Shown piece after piece: positions 10,125 to 19,637 of a DNA stretch of 64,000 bases. The notes below the pieces were generated by a model, which had not been told where the DNA came from, did no database searches, and saw only the letters and a list, made by a program, of their open reading frames with translations. The position numbers were made by a program, and so were the translations under genes. The DNA comes from Clostridia bacterium. Its GTDB lineage: Bacteria; Bacillota; Clostridia; TANB77; CAG-508. The DNA lies in NCBI GenBank assembly GCA_900759015.1, contig CAAEUE010000002.1, positions 47,332-111,331 on the forward strand, read 5' to 3'. Each line of letters starts with the position of its first letter. The first letter of the stretch is position 1.

Positions 10125-11210
10125 TTATTCTTTATATTCGTTTGATGTATTTTCTAATTCTCTTATTGATAATTCGATTCTTTTATTTGCTAAATCCATA
10201 TCAATTATTTTTGCATTTACTTTTTGTCCTATTCTTAATTCTTCTTCTGGTTTTGTTATTTTTCTTTCACATATTTGGGAAAGATGTACTAACCCTTCAA
10301 TTCCTGGCTCTAGTTCTACAAAAGCTCCAAAAGGCATCATTTTAACTACTTTTACTGTTAAAATATCATTTATATTATATTTACCTTCTACAGATTTCCA
10401 AGGATCTGGCCCCTTTTCTGCATAAGATAATTTAATTCTTTTATTTTCTTTATCTACATCTATTGCTATTACATCGATTACTTGTCCTACTTTTAAAATC
10501 TCGTTAGGTGGTGTATTTCTATTCCATGTAATTTCTGAAATATGTAATAAACCTTGTACTGCTCCTAAATCTACAAAAGCACCATATGTACTTATACTTG
10601 TAACTTTTCCTTTATATTTTTTACCTACTTCTGCTTCATTCCAAAATTCGTCTATTTTCTTATTTTTTTCTTCATCTAAAATTGCTTTTATTGACCCTAT
10701 TATTCTTCTAGGTCTAAATTTGCATTCTATTAATCTAAATCTAACTACTTTATCTTTATAATCTTTTATGTTTTCACATCTTGTTATTCCAGATAAAGAA
10801 ATTGGAATAAATATATTGTATCCTTCTTTTGAAATTATAAATCCTTTGTCTGTGATTTCTGTAATTTTTTCCTCTAAAACTTCATTATTCTTAAATTTTT
10901 CTTCTAGCTCTTTTTGAGCTTCTTTCATTTTATATCTTTTAGTAGAAAGTAATACATTACCTTCACCATCATTCATTTTTATTACTTCTGCTGTTATTTT
11001 ATCTCCAACTTTTAATTCTTTATTAGGGTCTGCAGCTTCATTGTATGAATATTCATTTCTTGGAATTATTCCATCTGCTTTATACCCGATATCTATAATT
11101 ACTTCGCCTTTTTTATTTATATTTATTATTGTTCCTTCTATTGTTTCTTTTACATTTATATTTTTCATTGATTCTTCTATCATTTGTTCAAAATTTAATT
11201 GTTCTGACAT
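10125..11210 (-). CDS. 30S ribosomal protein S1-like protein (four S1 domains)
   Basis: Repeated S1 OB-fold modules (for example GKVTSISTYGAFVDLG and VKMMPFGAFVEL). Confidence 0.85.
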   Translation of the reverse strand: MSEQLNFEQMIEESMKNINVKETIEGTIININKKGEVIIDIGYKADGIIPRNEYSYNEAADPNKELKVGDKITAEVIKMNDGEGNVLLSTKRYKMKEAQKELEEKFKNNEVLEEKITEITDKGFIISKEGYNIFIPISLSGITRCENIKDYKDKVVRFRLIECKFRPRRIIGSIKAILDEEKNKKIDEFWNEAEVGKKYKGKVTSISTYGAFVDLGAVQGLLHISEITWNRNTPPNEILKVGQVIDVIAIDVDKENKRIKLSYAEKGPDPWKSVEGKYNINDILTVKVVKMMPFGAFVELEPGIEGLVHLSQICERKITKPEEELRIGQKVNAKIIDMDLANKRIELSIRELENTSNEYKE

Positions 11211-11231
11211 AATTTCACCTTCCTAAATCTT

Positions 11232-11246
11232 TGTTACATTGTAACA
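11232..11246. promoter_or_regulatory. Perfect 7-1-7 palindrome TGTTACAtTGTAACA in the leader of the S1-like gene
   Basis: Seen directly, 22-36 nt upstream of the start codon. Confidence 0.3.
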
Positions 11247-11331
11247 TCCTCTTTCGTTTGGTTTATCTTTATAAATGGCGTTTTTCATAAATGAAAAACG
11301 CCTATTCGCAGTAAACTGACAATATTATATA

Positions 11332-11937
11332 TTATTGTTTGATATTTGTCAACATAATTATGTTATCCATTATCTCTTTACTTACTTGCTCTAGCTCCTC
11401 TTTCGAAGGCTTTTTAGTAACTCTATCACTATAATCTAATGGCTTTCCATAATTAACATATACCTTTTTAAAAGGCTTTTCTCCTCCTACTATTCCAACT
11501 GGTTGCACCTTTGCACCTGTTTGTAGTACGAAAAATGCTACTCCTTCTTTTACACTTTCTCCTTTTTCTAGTCCATTTCTTGTTCCTTCTGGGAACATAG
11601 CTATACTTTCTTTATTTTTTAGAGCTTTTAATGTTGTTTTTAAAGCTGCTATTTCTTTATTATCTCTTTTAACATATATAGCATCAAATACATAACCTAA
11701 AAATTTTAAAAATTTATTTTTAGTTAATTCCTCTTTTGCCATAAACCTAACATGTCTTCCTGCTGTTACTACAATTAAAGGCGGATCCAAATAACTTCTA
11801 TGGTTTCCACAATATATTACTGGACCTTCCTTTGGAATATTTTCTTTTCCTATAACTTTTAACCTATATACAACTTTGCAATATAGATATATTGCTGTTC
11901 TAACTATTACTCTTAATATTCTTTTTATAATGTTCAT
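11332..11937 (-). CDS. plsC: 1-acyl-sn-glycerol-3-phosphate acyltransferase
   Basis: NHRSYLDP (HX4D) and FPEGTR motifs. Confidence 0.9.
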   Translation of the reverse strand: MNIIKRILRVIVRTAIYLYCKVVYRLKVIGKENIPKEGPVIYCGNHRSYLDPPLIVVTAGRHVRFMAKEELTKNKFLKFLGYVFDAIYVKRDNKEIAALKTTLKALKNKESIAMFPEGTRNGLEKGESVKEGVAFFVLQTGAKVQPVGIVGGEKPFKKVYVNYGKPLDYSDRVTKKPSKEELEQVSKEIMDNIIMLTNIKQ

Positions 11938-12628
11938 TTCTATTCTCCTTAGTTTTTTGTTTTATTATTTTTATTATTTTATGCTTAATTTTATTTACGC
12001 TTGATTTACTTGAATCTACATATATTGCATCTGGAGCTTTTTTTAATGCTCCTACTTTTTTATTCATATCATTCTTGTCTCTTTCCATTATTGATTGTAA
12101 GACTTCTTCAAATGATTGATTAATTCCATTTCTTTTATTTTGTCTGCATCTTCTTTTAGCTCGCTCTATTGGTGTTGCATCCAAATATATTTTTACTTTT
12201 GCCTCTGGAAAAACTACAGTAGTAATATCTCGTCCTTCCATTATAATGTTCTTGCCTTCTTTTAACCATTCATAGCCAATTTTTCTTTCTAATTTTGTTA
12301 TTTTATCTCTAACTCCTAAAATACTAGATGTTTTAGAAACTATTCCTGTTACTTCTGGAGTTCTGATTTTGCCAGTTACATCTTCTCCGTTTAAAAATAC
12401 TGACTGCTTATTATTCTTATTTTTTAAGTTTATATCTATTTTTTCTAATATTTCTTCTACTTTTTCTTCATCAGTAATATCTATATTATTTTGAAGTACT
12501 GCTAAAGCATGGCATCTATATAGCATTCCTGTATCTATACTTACTAACCCCAAATCTTTAGCGACTAATTTTGTTATTGTGCCTTTCCCTGAACCTGCTG
12601 GTCCATCTATTGCAACTATATATGACAT
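11900..12628 (-). CDS. cmk: Cytidylate kinase
   Basis: IAIDGPAGSGKGT P-loop. Start at the ATG after GGTGGA. The basic C-terminal tail overlaps plsC by 38 nt. Confidence 0.9.
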   Translation of the reverse strand: MSYIVAIDGPAGSGKGTITKLVAKDLGLVSIDTGMLYRCHALAVLQNNIDITDEEKVEEILEKIDINLKNKNNKQSVFLNGEDVTGKIRTPEVTGIVSKTSSILGVRDKITKLERKIGYEWLKEGKNIIMEGRDITTVVFPEAKVKIYLDATPIERAKRRCRQNKRNGINQSFEEVLQSIMERDKNDMNKKVGALKKAPDAIYVDSSKSSVNKIKHKIIKIIKQKTKENRNEHYKKNIKSNS

Positions 12629-12642
12629 TTTTCCACCATCCA

Positions 12643-13482
12643 CTAATTATTTTCTTCTTTATTAATATGTATATCTTTTATTATTATTTTAATTGTTTGT
12701 ACTCGCATTGTTGTTAATTTTTCAATTTCTTTTATTATTTTGTTTTTAAAATTATCTACAATATTTCTAACATTTCCACCATATTCAACACTAAGTTCTA
12801 TATATACATATGGACCTTCTGGTTGATTATCTATCCTTGTTCTTATTATATTGTATATATTTGGATCTTTTTTTGCTATATATTCTATAATTTGTCTAAA
12901 TACTGTATCTGATATTGTAAAATTTCCTAAATAACTAAAAGTAGGTCTTATTATTGATTTTTCTGATATATATGGTTTATCATTTCTACCTTTAAATTTA
13001 AAAATTTGAAGTGGATCTAATATAAATCCCGAAAAATCTTTTTTTATCTCAAATGTTGGTACTGGTATAACATGTTTTCCCTCTGTTACCCTACTTCTTC
13101 TAGCTTCTTGAATTTCCTCTGGTGTTGCAATTTCATCTATGTATATAATTTTTTCTATTGGTGGTAAACCTATATTTGCAGCTATTTTATTTACCATACC
13201 ATCAGATGTTCCTAATATTAGAATTGATTCTGGCTTATATTTTTCTATCGCTTTCCTTATTTCATCTTTTTGTTCTTGTTTTAAAAATAGTGCTTTTTTT
13301 ACAGTTTCTATTTTGGTTGGTGCTTTTTTAGCAGATTCACCTGCGATTATCTCATTATCATTTATAAAAAGCCCATCATCTATTATATAATGAATATTAT
13401 TTTCATTCGCAACCATTTGTGCTCTATAGCTTTTTCCAGTTCCAGATGGCCCTACAAAAGCATACACTTTAATATTGTTCAT
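12643..13482 (-). CDS. P-loop NTPase fused to an Asp23/Gls24-like C-terminal domain
   Basis: GPSGTGKS Walker A. The C-terminal 100 aa resemble alkaline-shock Asp23-type domains. Confidence 0.6.
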   Translation of the reverse strand: MNNIKVYAFVGPSGTGKSYRAQMVANENNIHYIIDDGLFINDNEIIAGESAKKAPTKIETVKKALFLKQEQKDEIRKAIEKYKPESILILGTSDGMVNKIAANIGLPPIEKIIYIDEIATPEEIQEARRSRVTEGKHVIPVPTFEIKKDFSGFILDPLQIFKFKGRNDKPYISEKSIIRPTFSYLGNFTISDTVFRQIIEYIAKKDPNIYNIIRTRIDNQPEGPYVYIELSVEYGGNVRNIVDNFKNKIIKEIEKLTTMRVQTIKIIIKDIHINKEENN

Positions 13483-13587
13483 AGTTACTCCTCTTATTTT
13501 TCTTCTTATTAATATTTATACTTAATTCTTGTATATTATACCTCATTATTTTTCTGTTTTCAATTATATTATACAATTAGTGCTAAT

Positions 13588-13616
13588 TTGATTCTTTATG
13601 TAAATTATGCTATAAT
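13588..13616 (+). promoter_or_regulatory. Sigma-A promoter of membrane-protein cassette 1
   Basis: TTGATT, 17-nt spacer, TGcTATAAT. The architecture is conserved with cassette 2. Confidence 0.6.
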
Positions 13617-13695
13617 TAAGTTTACAAAAGCGCTTCACACAATCTCTACACTATGAGATTTGCTTTATAAAAAACTTCTTGGGAAATGGAGAAAT

Positions 13696-14019
13696 ATGGA
13701 TTATTATAACAGATTTATGGAAGGTGCAGATGTTTTTGCTGTACTTATCCCACTAATTACAATGGGCTTTTTATCAAGATTTGGGAAAAATATTGCCAAT
13801 AACATTAACAAAAAAAATCACAAAAAAATTTTCGTACAGGTTTTAGTTTGCTTATTTTTAACTAGCGCAAGTATATTATTTGCGCAGGAAGCTAATTCAC
13901 AAATAGGTGAATATCTGGCATGTGTTTGTTTTGGAGGTACTGGAATGTTATTTTTTTCTATTATTCCAGTGATAAAACAAAGAATACAAACACATTTTAA
14001 AAAATTTGTAACTCGTTAA
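13696..14019 (+). CDS. Small membrane protein (3 TM), paralog 1
   Basis: ATG after GGAAATGGAG. The motif IGEYLACVCFGGTGML is shared with paralog 2. Confidence 0.7.
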   Translation: MDYYNRFMEGADVFAVLIPLITMGFLSRFGKNIANNINKKNHKKIFVQVLVCLFLTSASILFAQEANSQIGEYLACVCFGGTGMLFFSIIPVIKQRIQTHFKKFVTR

Positions 14020-14045
14020 CCACTGCAACAAACAAGAAGTTTTTT

Positions 14046-14071
14046 AGTCAGACTATGGTCTGACTTTTTTC
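14046..14071 (+). terminator. Intrinsic terminator of cassette 1
   Basis: Stem agtcagac/gtctgact with a tatg loop and a T-run. Confidence 0.8.
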
Positions 14072-14124
14072 TTTTTTACTATATTAGATAATAGTTACAT
14101 ATATTTTACCAATAATTATACTTT

Positions 14125-14153
14125 TTGCTTTTTTATGTACATCATGCTATAAT
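14125..14153 (+). promoter_or_regulatory. Sigma-A promoter of membrane-protein cassette 2
   Basis: TTGCTT, 17-nt spacer, TGcTATAAT. Confidence 0.6.
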
Positions 14154-14234
14154 TAAATTCACGGAAGCAGTTAATATAATTTCTAGAAATAAGAAATTTT
14201 GCTTTAAAAAAACTTCTTGGGAAATGGAGTATAT

Positions 14235-14510
14235 GTGATTACATTAGAAAATTTATCAATTATACTATCACTATTCACAATAGTGATAATTGATGTATTT
14301 TGTATGACACTTTTTAATAACTTAAAAAATGGACATCGAAATATAGCTTTTTTAAAGTTCTTTTTTTGTTTCATTTTAGTAATTGTAAGTTATATATTAG
14401 CTTATAAGACACAAAACCAAATGGGCTTATACTTGGCATTTATAAGTATAGGTGGAGAAGGTGCAATGCTTTCTGTTGTTACAACAACTATCAAAAAAAA
14501 TCATAAGTAA
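14235..14510 (+). CDS. Small membrane protein (3 TM), paralog 2
   Basis: GTG start 5 nt after GGAG. Motif MGLYLAFISIGGEGAML. Confidence 0.65.
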   Translation: MITLENLSIILSLFTIVIIDVFCMTLFNNLKNGHRNIAFLKFFFCFILVIVSYILAYKTQNQMGLYLAFISIGGEGAMLSVVTTTIKKNHK

Positions 14511-14543
14511 CCAATTAACCCAGCAACCAACAAGAAGTTTTTT

Positions 14544-14569
14544 AGCCGGACCATGGTCTGGCTTTTTTT
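14544..14569 (+). terminator. Intrinsic terminator of cassette 2
   Basis: Stem agccggacc/ggtctggct followed by a T-run. Confidence 0.8.
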
Positions 14570-14575
14570 ATTCAT

Positions 14576-14652
14576 AGAAAAAAGTGGCTTGTTACATGTG
14601 CAAATTGCTTTTCAATTGCACGAATATAAGTAGCTTAAACTTGTGTTATACA
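14576..14652. repeat. Duplicated noncoding element, copy A (candidate structured RNA or DNA site)
   Basis: About 80 percent identical by eye to 33578..33654. Contains hairpin 14598..14621. Confidence 0.6.
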
Positions 14653-14653
14653 G

Positions 14654-14692
14654 TAAAAAAAGAGTACATTTTAAAATATGTACCCTTTTTTT
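14654..14692. terminator. Bidirectional terminator downstream of pgi
   Basis: Stem gagtacat/atgtaccc flanked by an A-run and a T-run. Pairing is better on the minus strand (G-U). Confidence 0.7.
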
Positions 14693-14705
14693 ATATTAAT
14701 TACTA

Positions 14706-16019
14706 TTATTTTTCATATCCTGGTTTTCCAAGTAATGTAAACATATTCTTTTTATATGCTTCTACACCTGGTTGATTAAATGGATTTACTCCTAATAATT
14801 TACCAGACATTGCACATGCAAGTTCGAAGAAATATATTAGTTGTCCTAAGTTCTCTTCATCTAATTTTTCCATTGTTATTAAGATGTTTGGAACATCACC
14901 ATCAACATGTGCTGCAATTGTTGCTTCCATAGCTTTTTTATTTACATAGTCTAATGTTTTTCCTACAAGATAATTTAATCCATCTAAATTATCTTCATCT
15001 GTTTCTATTTTTATATCTGTTTTTGATTTTTCTACATTTAATACTGTTTCAAATAAATTACGTCTACCTTGTTGAATATATTGCCCCATAGAATGTAGGT
15101 CTGTTGTAAATTCTACTCCTGCTGGAAAAATTCCTTTTAAATCTTTTCCTTCGCTTTCGCCATATAATTGTTTCCACCATTCTATAAAATAGTGTAATTT
15201 TGGTTCATAATCTACTAATAATTCTATATCTTTTTTGTTTTCGTATAAGATATTTCTTGCAACTGCATATTTATAACAATCATTATATTTTAAATTTTCT
15301 TCTGCATATTTGTTTTGTGCAGATAATGCTCCTTGCATTAATTTATCTATATCAATTCCTGCTACTGCTATAGGAAGTAAACCTACAGCTGTTAAAACAG
15401 AATATCTTCCACCAACATTGTCTGGAATAACAAATTCTTCATAACCTTCTTTATCTGCAAGTTGTTTTAAAGCTCCTTTTTTCTTATCTGTTGTAACATA
15501 AATTCTGCTTCTTGCTTCATCTATTCCATATTTATTCTCTAAAAACTCTCTAAATATTCTAAATGCAATTGCTGGTTCTGTAGTTGTTCCAGATTTAGAT
15601 ATAACATTTATAGATAAATCCCTATCACCTATAAATTCTATAATATCATTTATATAATCAGGATTTAAATTATTTCCTGCAAATATTACTTTTGGATATT
15701 TTGATTTTTCATCTGGCACAGCATTTGCAAAGTTACTATTCATAGCTTCTATTACTGCTCTTGCACCTAAATATGATCCTCCAATTCCTATTACTAGAAA
15801 TACATCAGAATCTCTTTGTACTTTTTTAGCAGCTTTTTCTATTCTTTTGAATTCTTTTTTATCATAATCAGTTGGAAGTTTAAGCCATCCTAAAAATTCT
15901 TTTTCGTCATCTGCTTTTTTATATAATTCATTATGTATATCTGTTACTTTTTTTGAATATTTTAATAATTCTTCCTCATCTAATTTTGTATTAGTAAAGT
16001 CTATTTTTAAATCTTTCAT
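14706..16019 (-). CDS. pgi: Glucose-6-phosphate isomerase
   Basis: 437 aa, Firmicute short-type PGI: [26 protein letters not shown]. Confidence 0.95.
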   Translation of the reverse strand: MKDLKIDFTNTKLDEEELLKYSKKVTDIHNELYKKADDEKEFLGWLKLPTDYDKKEFKRIEKAAKKVQRDSDVFLVIGIGGSYLGARAVIEAMNSNFANAVPDEKSKYPKVIFAGNNLNPDYINDIIEFIGDRDLSINVISKSGTTTEPAIAFRIFREFLENKYGIDEARSRIYVTTDKKKGALKQLADKEGYEEFVIPDNVGGRYSVLTAVGLLPIAVAGIDIDKLMQGALSAQNKYAEENLKYNDCYKYAVARNILYENKKDIELLVDYEPKLHYFIEWWKQLYGESEGKDLKGIFPAGVEFTTDLHSMGQYIQQGRRNLFETVLNVEKSKTDIKIETDEDNLDGLNYLVGKTLDYVNKKAMEATIAAHVDGDVPNILITMEKLDEENLGQLIYFFELACAMSGKLLGVNPFNQPGVEAYKKNMFTLLGKPGYEK

Positions 16020-16294
16020 ATGGCAATACCTCTTTTCCTTTTTTTATGAATTTATTCTATATCATATTAGTATTTTATGCAAGGATTTTAACATTGTTAT
16101 TTTATGAATATCGTCACTTATTTGAAGACTAGTATAATGAATGCTTACATTTTAATAGTCAAATTCGCAAAAGCATGAAATAATAGTCTTTATTATAAAC
16201 ATTGAATGCGAAAACAATATATAAAAAAGTAAAAATAACCCCCAAATTGAAAAACTTTTGTTTAACAGTTTGAAGGTTATTTTAATATTATACC

Positions 16295-16342
16295 GGGATT
16301 TTAAGAACGTCCCCAAATCCCTCTGGGGAACGCCCCAAATCC
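16295..16342 (-). repeat. GGGATTT/GGACGTTCC dispersed repeat, locus 2 (two units)
   Basis: gggattttaagaacgtccccaaatccctctggggaacgccccaaatcc, 10 nt after the glgP stop. Confidence 0.9.
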
Positions 16343-16351
16343 TTGTTAATT

Positions 16352-18922
16352 CTATCTTGTTACCCATTGAATTAAATCTAAGTTAGCAGTATCTAGCATC
16401 ATATTTGTTTGTGGCATAACTCTAAATGTATAACCATAGTTACCACCTGTTTTTAATTCTATCTTAGCAGAATATTTATATGTTCTGTTTTCGTCATCTT
16501 GTTCTATTAAATTCATAGGAACTGTTTGTATTTGTTCCATGATTCCATTTTCTAATATTTTTCCATAATATACTTCTGTTCTAATTGAATTACAGTCTAT
16601 ATTCTCTGGTAAGTTTACTATACAATGCACTTCTATTTGGTTACCTGCATCTATCGTTATATTATCTAAGTTATTATTTTGAGTAATCTTTATATCTTTC
16701 CAACTTGCATAAAGATTCTTTTTCCAGTTAGTAAAATCAATTACTTCATCTAAGTTTTGATAATGATTTTTAGATAAATTAGCAAGTTCCATGTAGTAAT
16801 CTCTTGTATAATCTATTACCATTCTTGAAGTTGAATATCTTCCACCTGTAGAAATTATTGAGTTTTTAAACATTTCCATCCATTTGTCAGATACTCCATC
16901 TTCTTTCTTATTTTCATAATATAATGGAATAATTTTATTTTCTAATGTATTATATAAGCTTTCGCTATCTGCAATATCTTGTTCCTCATAAGATTGATAT
17001 TCTGTATTGTCTCCTATTGTCCAACCATTCTTTTGGTTATATCCTTCTGCCCACCAACCATCTAGCACACTAAAGTTAATTACACCATTTACAGATGCTT
17101 TTTGACCGCTTGTACCAGAAGCTTCCATTGGTCTTCTTGGATTATTAAGCCATACATCAACACCACTTATTAAATATCTTGACATTGCTATATTGTAATT
17201 TTCTAGTAAGAATATCTTTCCTTTAAATTGAGGTTTCATAGAAACTTCGTGAATATATTTTATTAAATCTTGACCTTCTTTATCTGCTGGATGTGCTTTA
17301 CCAGCAAAAATTAATTGAACTGGTCTTTCTGGATTATTTAATAATTGTGTTAATCTTTCTAAATCTCTAAATATTAATGTTGCTCTTTTATATGTTGCAA
17401 ATCTTCTTGCAAATCCAATTGTTAACGCATTTGGATTTAATTTAGAAACTATTTCATTTATTTCTTCGTAATTATATCCACTAGATTTTAATCTAGTTGT
17501 TATATTGTTTTTTACCAAAGCACATAATTTTTTCTTTCTATCTGTATGTGTATCCCATAATTCTTTATTTGGAATATTTTTAATATCATTCCATGTTTCG
17601 TCATCTTGTATATTATCTTGCCAATAAGGTTTTAAATATTGATTAAACAATTTTTTCATTGATGGTGCAAGCCATGAACATGTATGAATTCCATTTGTTA
17701 CATATTCTATTGGTGATTCATCTGGTGCAATGTTTGGCCATACATCAGAAAATAGTCTTCTTGATACTGCACCATGTAACTTACTTACACCATTCTTTTT
17801 ACCAGCTATTCTTAATGCAAGCATTCCCATATTAAATCCTTGCTCTAAACCTTGATTATTTTTCATACCTAATCTTAAGAAATCTTCACGAGAAATTCCA
17901 AGTTTTGGCCAGAAGTTAGAAAAATATTTATCCATTAATTCTATTGGGAATATATCATTTCCAGCTGGAACTGGTGTATGTGTTGTAAATACAGTCTTTG
18001 CTGAACACATTGATTTTGCAACTTCGAATGATACTTGTTTTTCTTCCATTGCATCTTTTATTACTTCTAATGTTAAGAATGCAGAATGACCTTCATTCAT
18101 ATGGTATACACTTGGTTTTAACCCTAAACGTTTTAATAGTTTTATTCCCGCCATACCTAAAACAATTTCTTGTCTTATTCTCATTTCTTGGTCTCCACCA
18201 TATAATCTTAATGTAACAACTCTATCTTCTGCTATGTTTTGATCTATATCTGAATCCATTAAATATAATGAAATTCTACCAACAACAATTTTCCAAATTT
18301 TTAAATAAAGTGTTCTGTCTGGGAAATCTATATCTATTATTAAATCTTCACCATTTTCATCTTTTACTGGTAAAATTGGTAAATTATCTAAATCTATATT
18401 TGTATACTCTGTTTTTTGTGTTCCATATCCATCTATTTTTTGGTTAAAATAACCATTTTTATATAATAACCCTACGGCAACAAAAGGTAAACCTAAATCA
18501 CTTGCAGATTTTAAATGGTCTCCAGAAAGTATTCCTAATCCACCTGAGTATATTGGTATTATCTCGTCTATACCATATTCAGCTGAAAAATATGCAATTA
18601 AATCGTTTGCATTATTAGGATAGTTTTTAGAAAACCATGTTTCTTTTGTTTGCATATATGAATTAAAATGATTTACAACTTCATCATATTTAGCTAAAAA
18701 TTCCTCATCCTTTGCTATGTCTTCTAATTTATCTTGAGAAACTAGTTTTAAAAATTTAACTGGATTTTTTCCAACTGTTTCCCATAAGTCAGAATCAATT
18801 TCTTTAAATAGTCTTAAAAATTCTGAATTCCAAGACCACCATAAATTGTTTGCAATATCTAATAATTCTCCTACTCTTTTTGGTAATTGTGGATTTACCG
18901 TAATTTTATTAAATATATACAT
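16352..18922 (-). CDS. glgP: Alpha-glucan (glycogen/maltodextrin) phosphorylase, GT35, long DUF3417-type
   Basis: 856 aa. N-terminal NLWWSWN segment, MEASGTSGQKA pyridoxal-phosphate lysine region, DGWW motif. Confidence 0.9.
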   Translation of the reverse strand: MYIFNKITVNPQLPKRVGELLDIANNLWWSWNSEFLRLFKEIDSDLWETVGKNPVKFLKLVSQDKLEDIAKDEEFLAKYDEVVNHFNSYMQTKETWFSKNYPNNANDLIAYFSAEYGIDEIIPIYSGGLGILSGDHLKSASDLGLPFVAVGLLYKNGYFNQKIDGYGTQKTEYTNIDLDNLPILPVKDENGEDLIIDIDFPDRTLYLKIWKIVVGRISLYLMDSDIDQNIAEDRVVTLRLYGGDQEMRIRQEIVLGMAGIKLLKRLGLKPSVYHMNEGHSAFLTLEVIKDAMEEKQVSFEVAKSMCSAKTVFTTHTPVPAGNDIFPIELMDKYFSNFWPKLGISREDFLRLGMKNNQGLEQGFNMGMLALRIAGKKNGVSKLHGAVSRRLFSDVWPNIAPDESPIEYVTNGIHTCSWLAPSMKKLFNQYLKPYWQDNIQDDETWNDIKNIPNKELWDTHTDRKKKLCALVKNNITTRLKSSGYNYEEINEIVSKLNPNALTIGFARRFATYKRATLIFRDLERLTQLLNNPERPVQLIFAGKAHPADKEGQDLIKYIHEVSMKPQFKGKIFLLENYNIAMSRYLISGVDVWLNNPRRPMEASGTSGQKASVNGVINFSVLDGWWAEGYNQKNGWTIGDNTEYQSYEEQDIADSESLYNTLENKIIPLYYENKKEDGVSDKWMEMFKNSIISTGGRYSTSRMVIDYTRDYYMELANLSKNHYQNLDEVIDFTNWKKNLYASWKDIKITQNNNLDNITIDAGNQIEVHCIVNLPENIDCNSIRTEVYYGKILENGIMEQIQTVPMNLIEQDDENRTYKYSAKIELKTGGNYGYTFRVMPQTNMMLDTANLDLIQWVTR

Positions 18923-19108
18923 TAATATTTCCTCCTTAGTTTCTTCGTGTTTTATCTGTCGTACTTAACTTATTATATTATCTATTATAGTTTTATTTTT
19001 GTCAAATAATTTTTAGTATTTATTTATATATTTTTTATACAAGCATTGACATTTTATGTGAACCATGTTAAAGTTTTAGAATTATAAACTTAGTTGGAGG
19101 TATGAATT

Positions 19109-19465
19109 ATGAATAAGAAAGATTTTCGGATTGAAAATCCCTGTAAAATAGTTGTGTCTGATTACAGGATAACTATTGCAATTCCTTAAAAAGGAAAATG
19201 TTCAATTTCAACATCATTACTTAGTAACGATATTTATCAAGCTGAACAAAATTTTCAGAAAAGCTATATTGGAACAAAAGAAAACTCACAAACGCTACTC
19301 GCAATAGTTAGACTAGCAATACTATATAATGCAGTATCTATCACAGATTTTGACGAACTCACAGAATTATATGGAAAGAAAGTCTTTAAATGTTCTTTTG
19401 TCTTTTTATCCAAAGCTGACATGCAAGATTTTGAAAACGCTTTACACATTTTCGAATCAATGTAA
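19109..19465 (+). pseudogene. Hypothetical gene interrupted by an in-frame TAA at 19187..19189
   Basis: GGAGG RBS and ATG 19109. The same frame continues open after the TAA to TAA 19463..19465 (118 codons in total). Terminator 19494..19527 follows. Confidence 0.55.
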
Positions 19466-19493
19466 CTACCATTCTTAATTCAAATTCTATTTG

Positions 19494-19527
19494 GCAGGAA
19501 GTATATGATATATATTTCCTGCTTTTT
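19494..19527 (+). terminator. Intrinsic terminator
   Basis: Stem gcaggaa/ttcctgc followed by a T-run. Confidence 0.7.
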
Positions 19528-19637
19528 CTTTTTTCACTTCTTTATACTTTAATTTTTTGTCTTTTTTCTATTGAATTTATTTCCATTTTGATATAGTATA
19601 TATATTAATTATGGTTTGACACAAAGGAGGAAATTAA

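Noticed and set aside
16152-16367. Track ORFs 16152..16367 and 14584..14775 as real small genes.
   Set aside because: The first runs through repeat locus 2 and overlaps the glgP 3' end with no RBS. The second starts inside duplicated element A and runs through the pgi terminator into pgi antisense. Neither frame is conserved in the second copy of the respective repeat.
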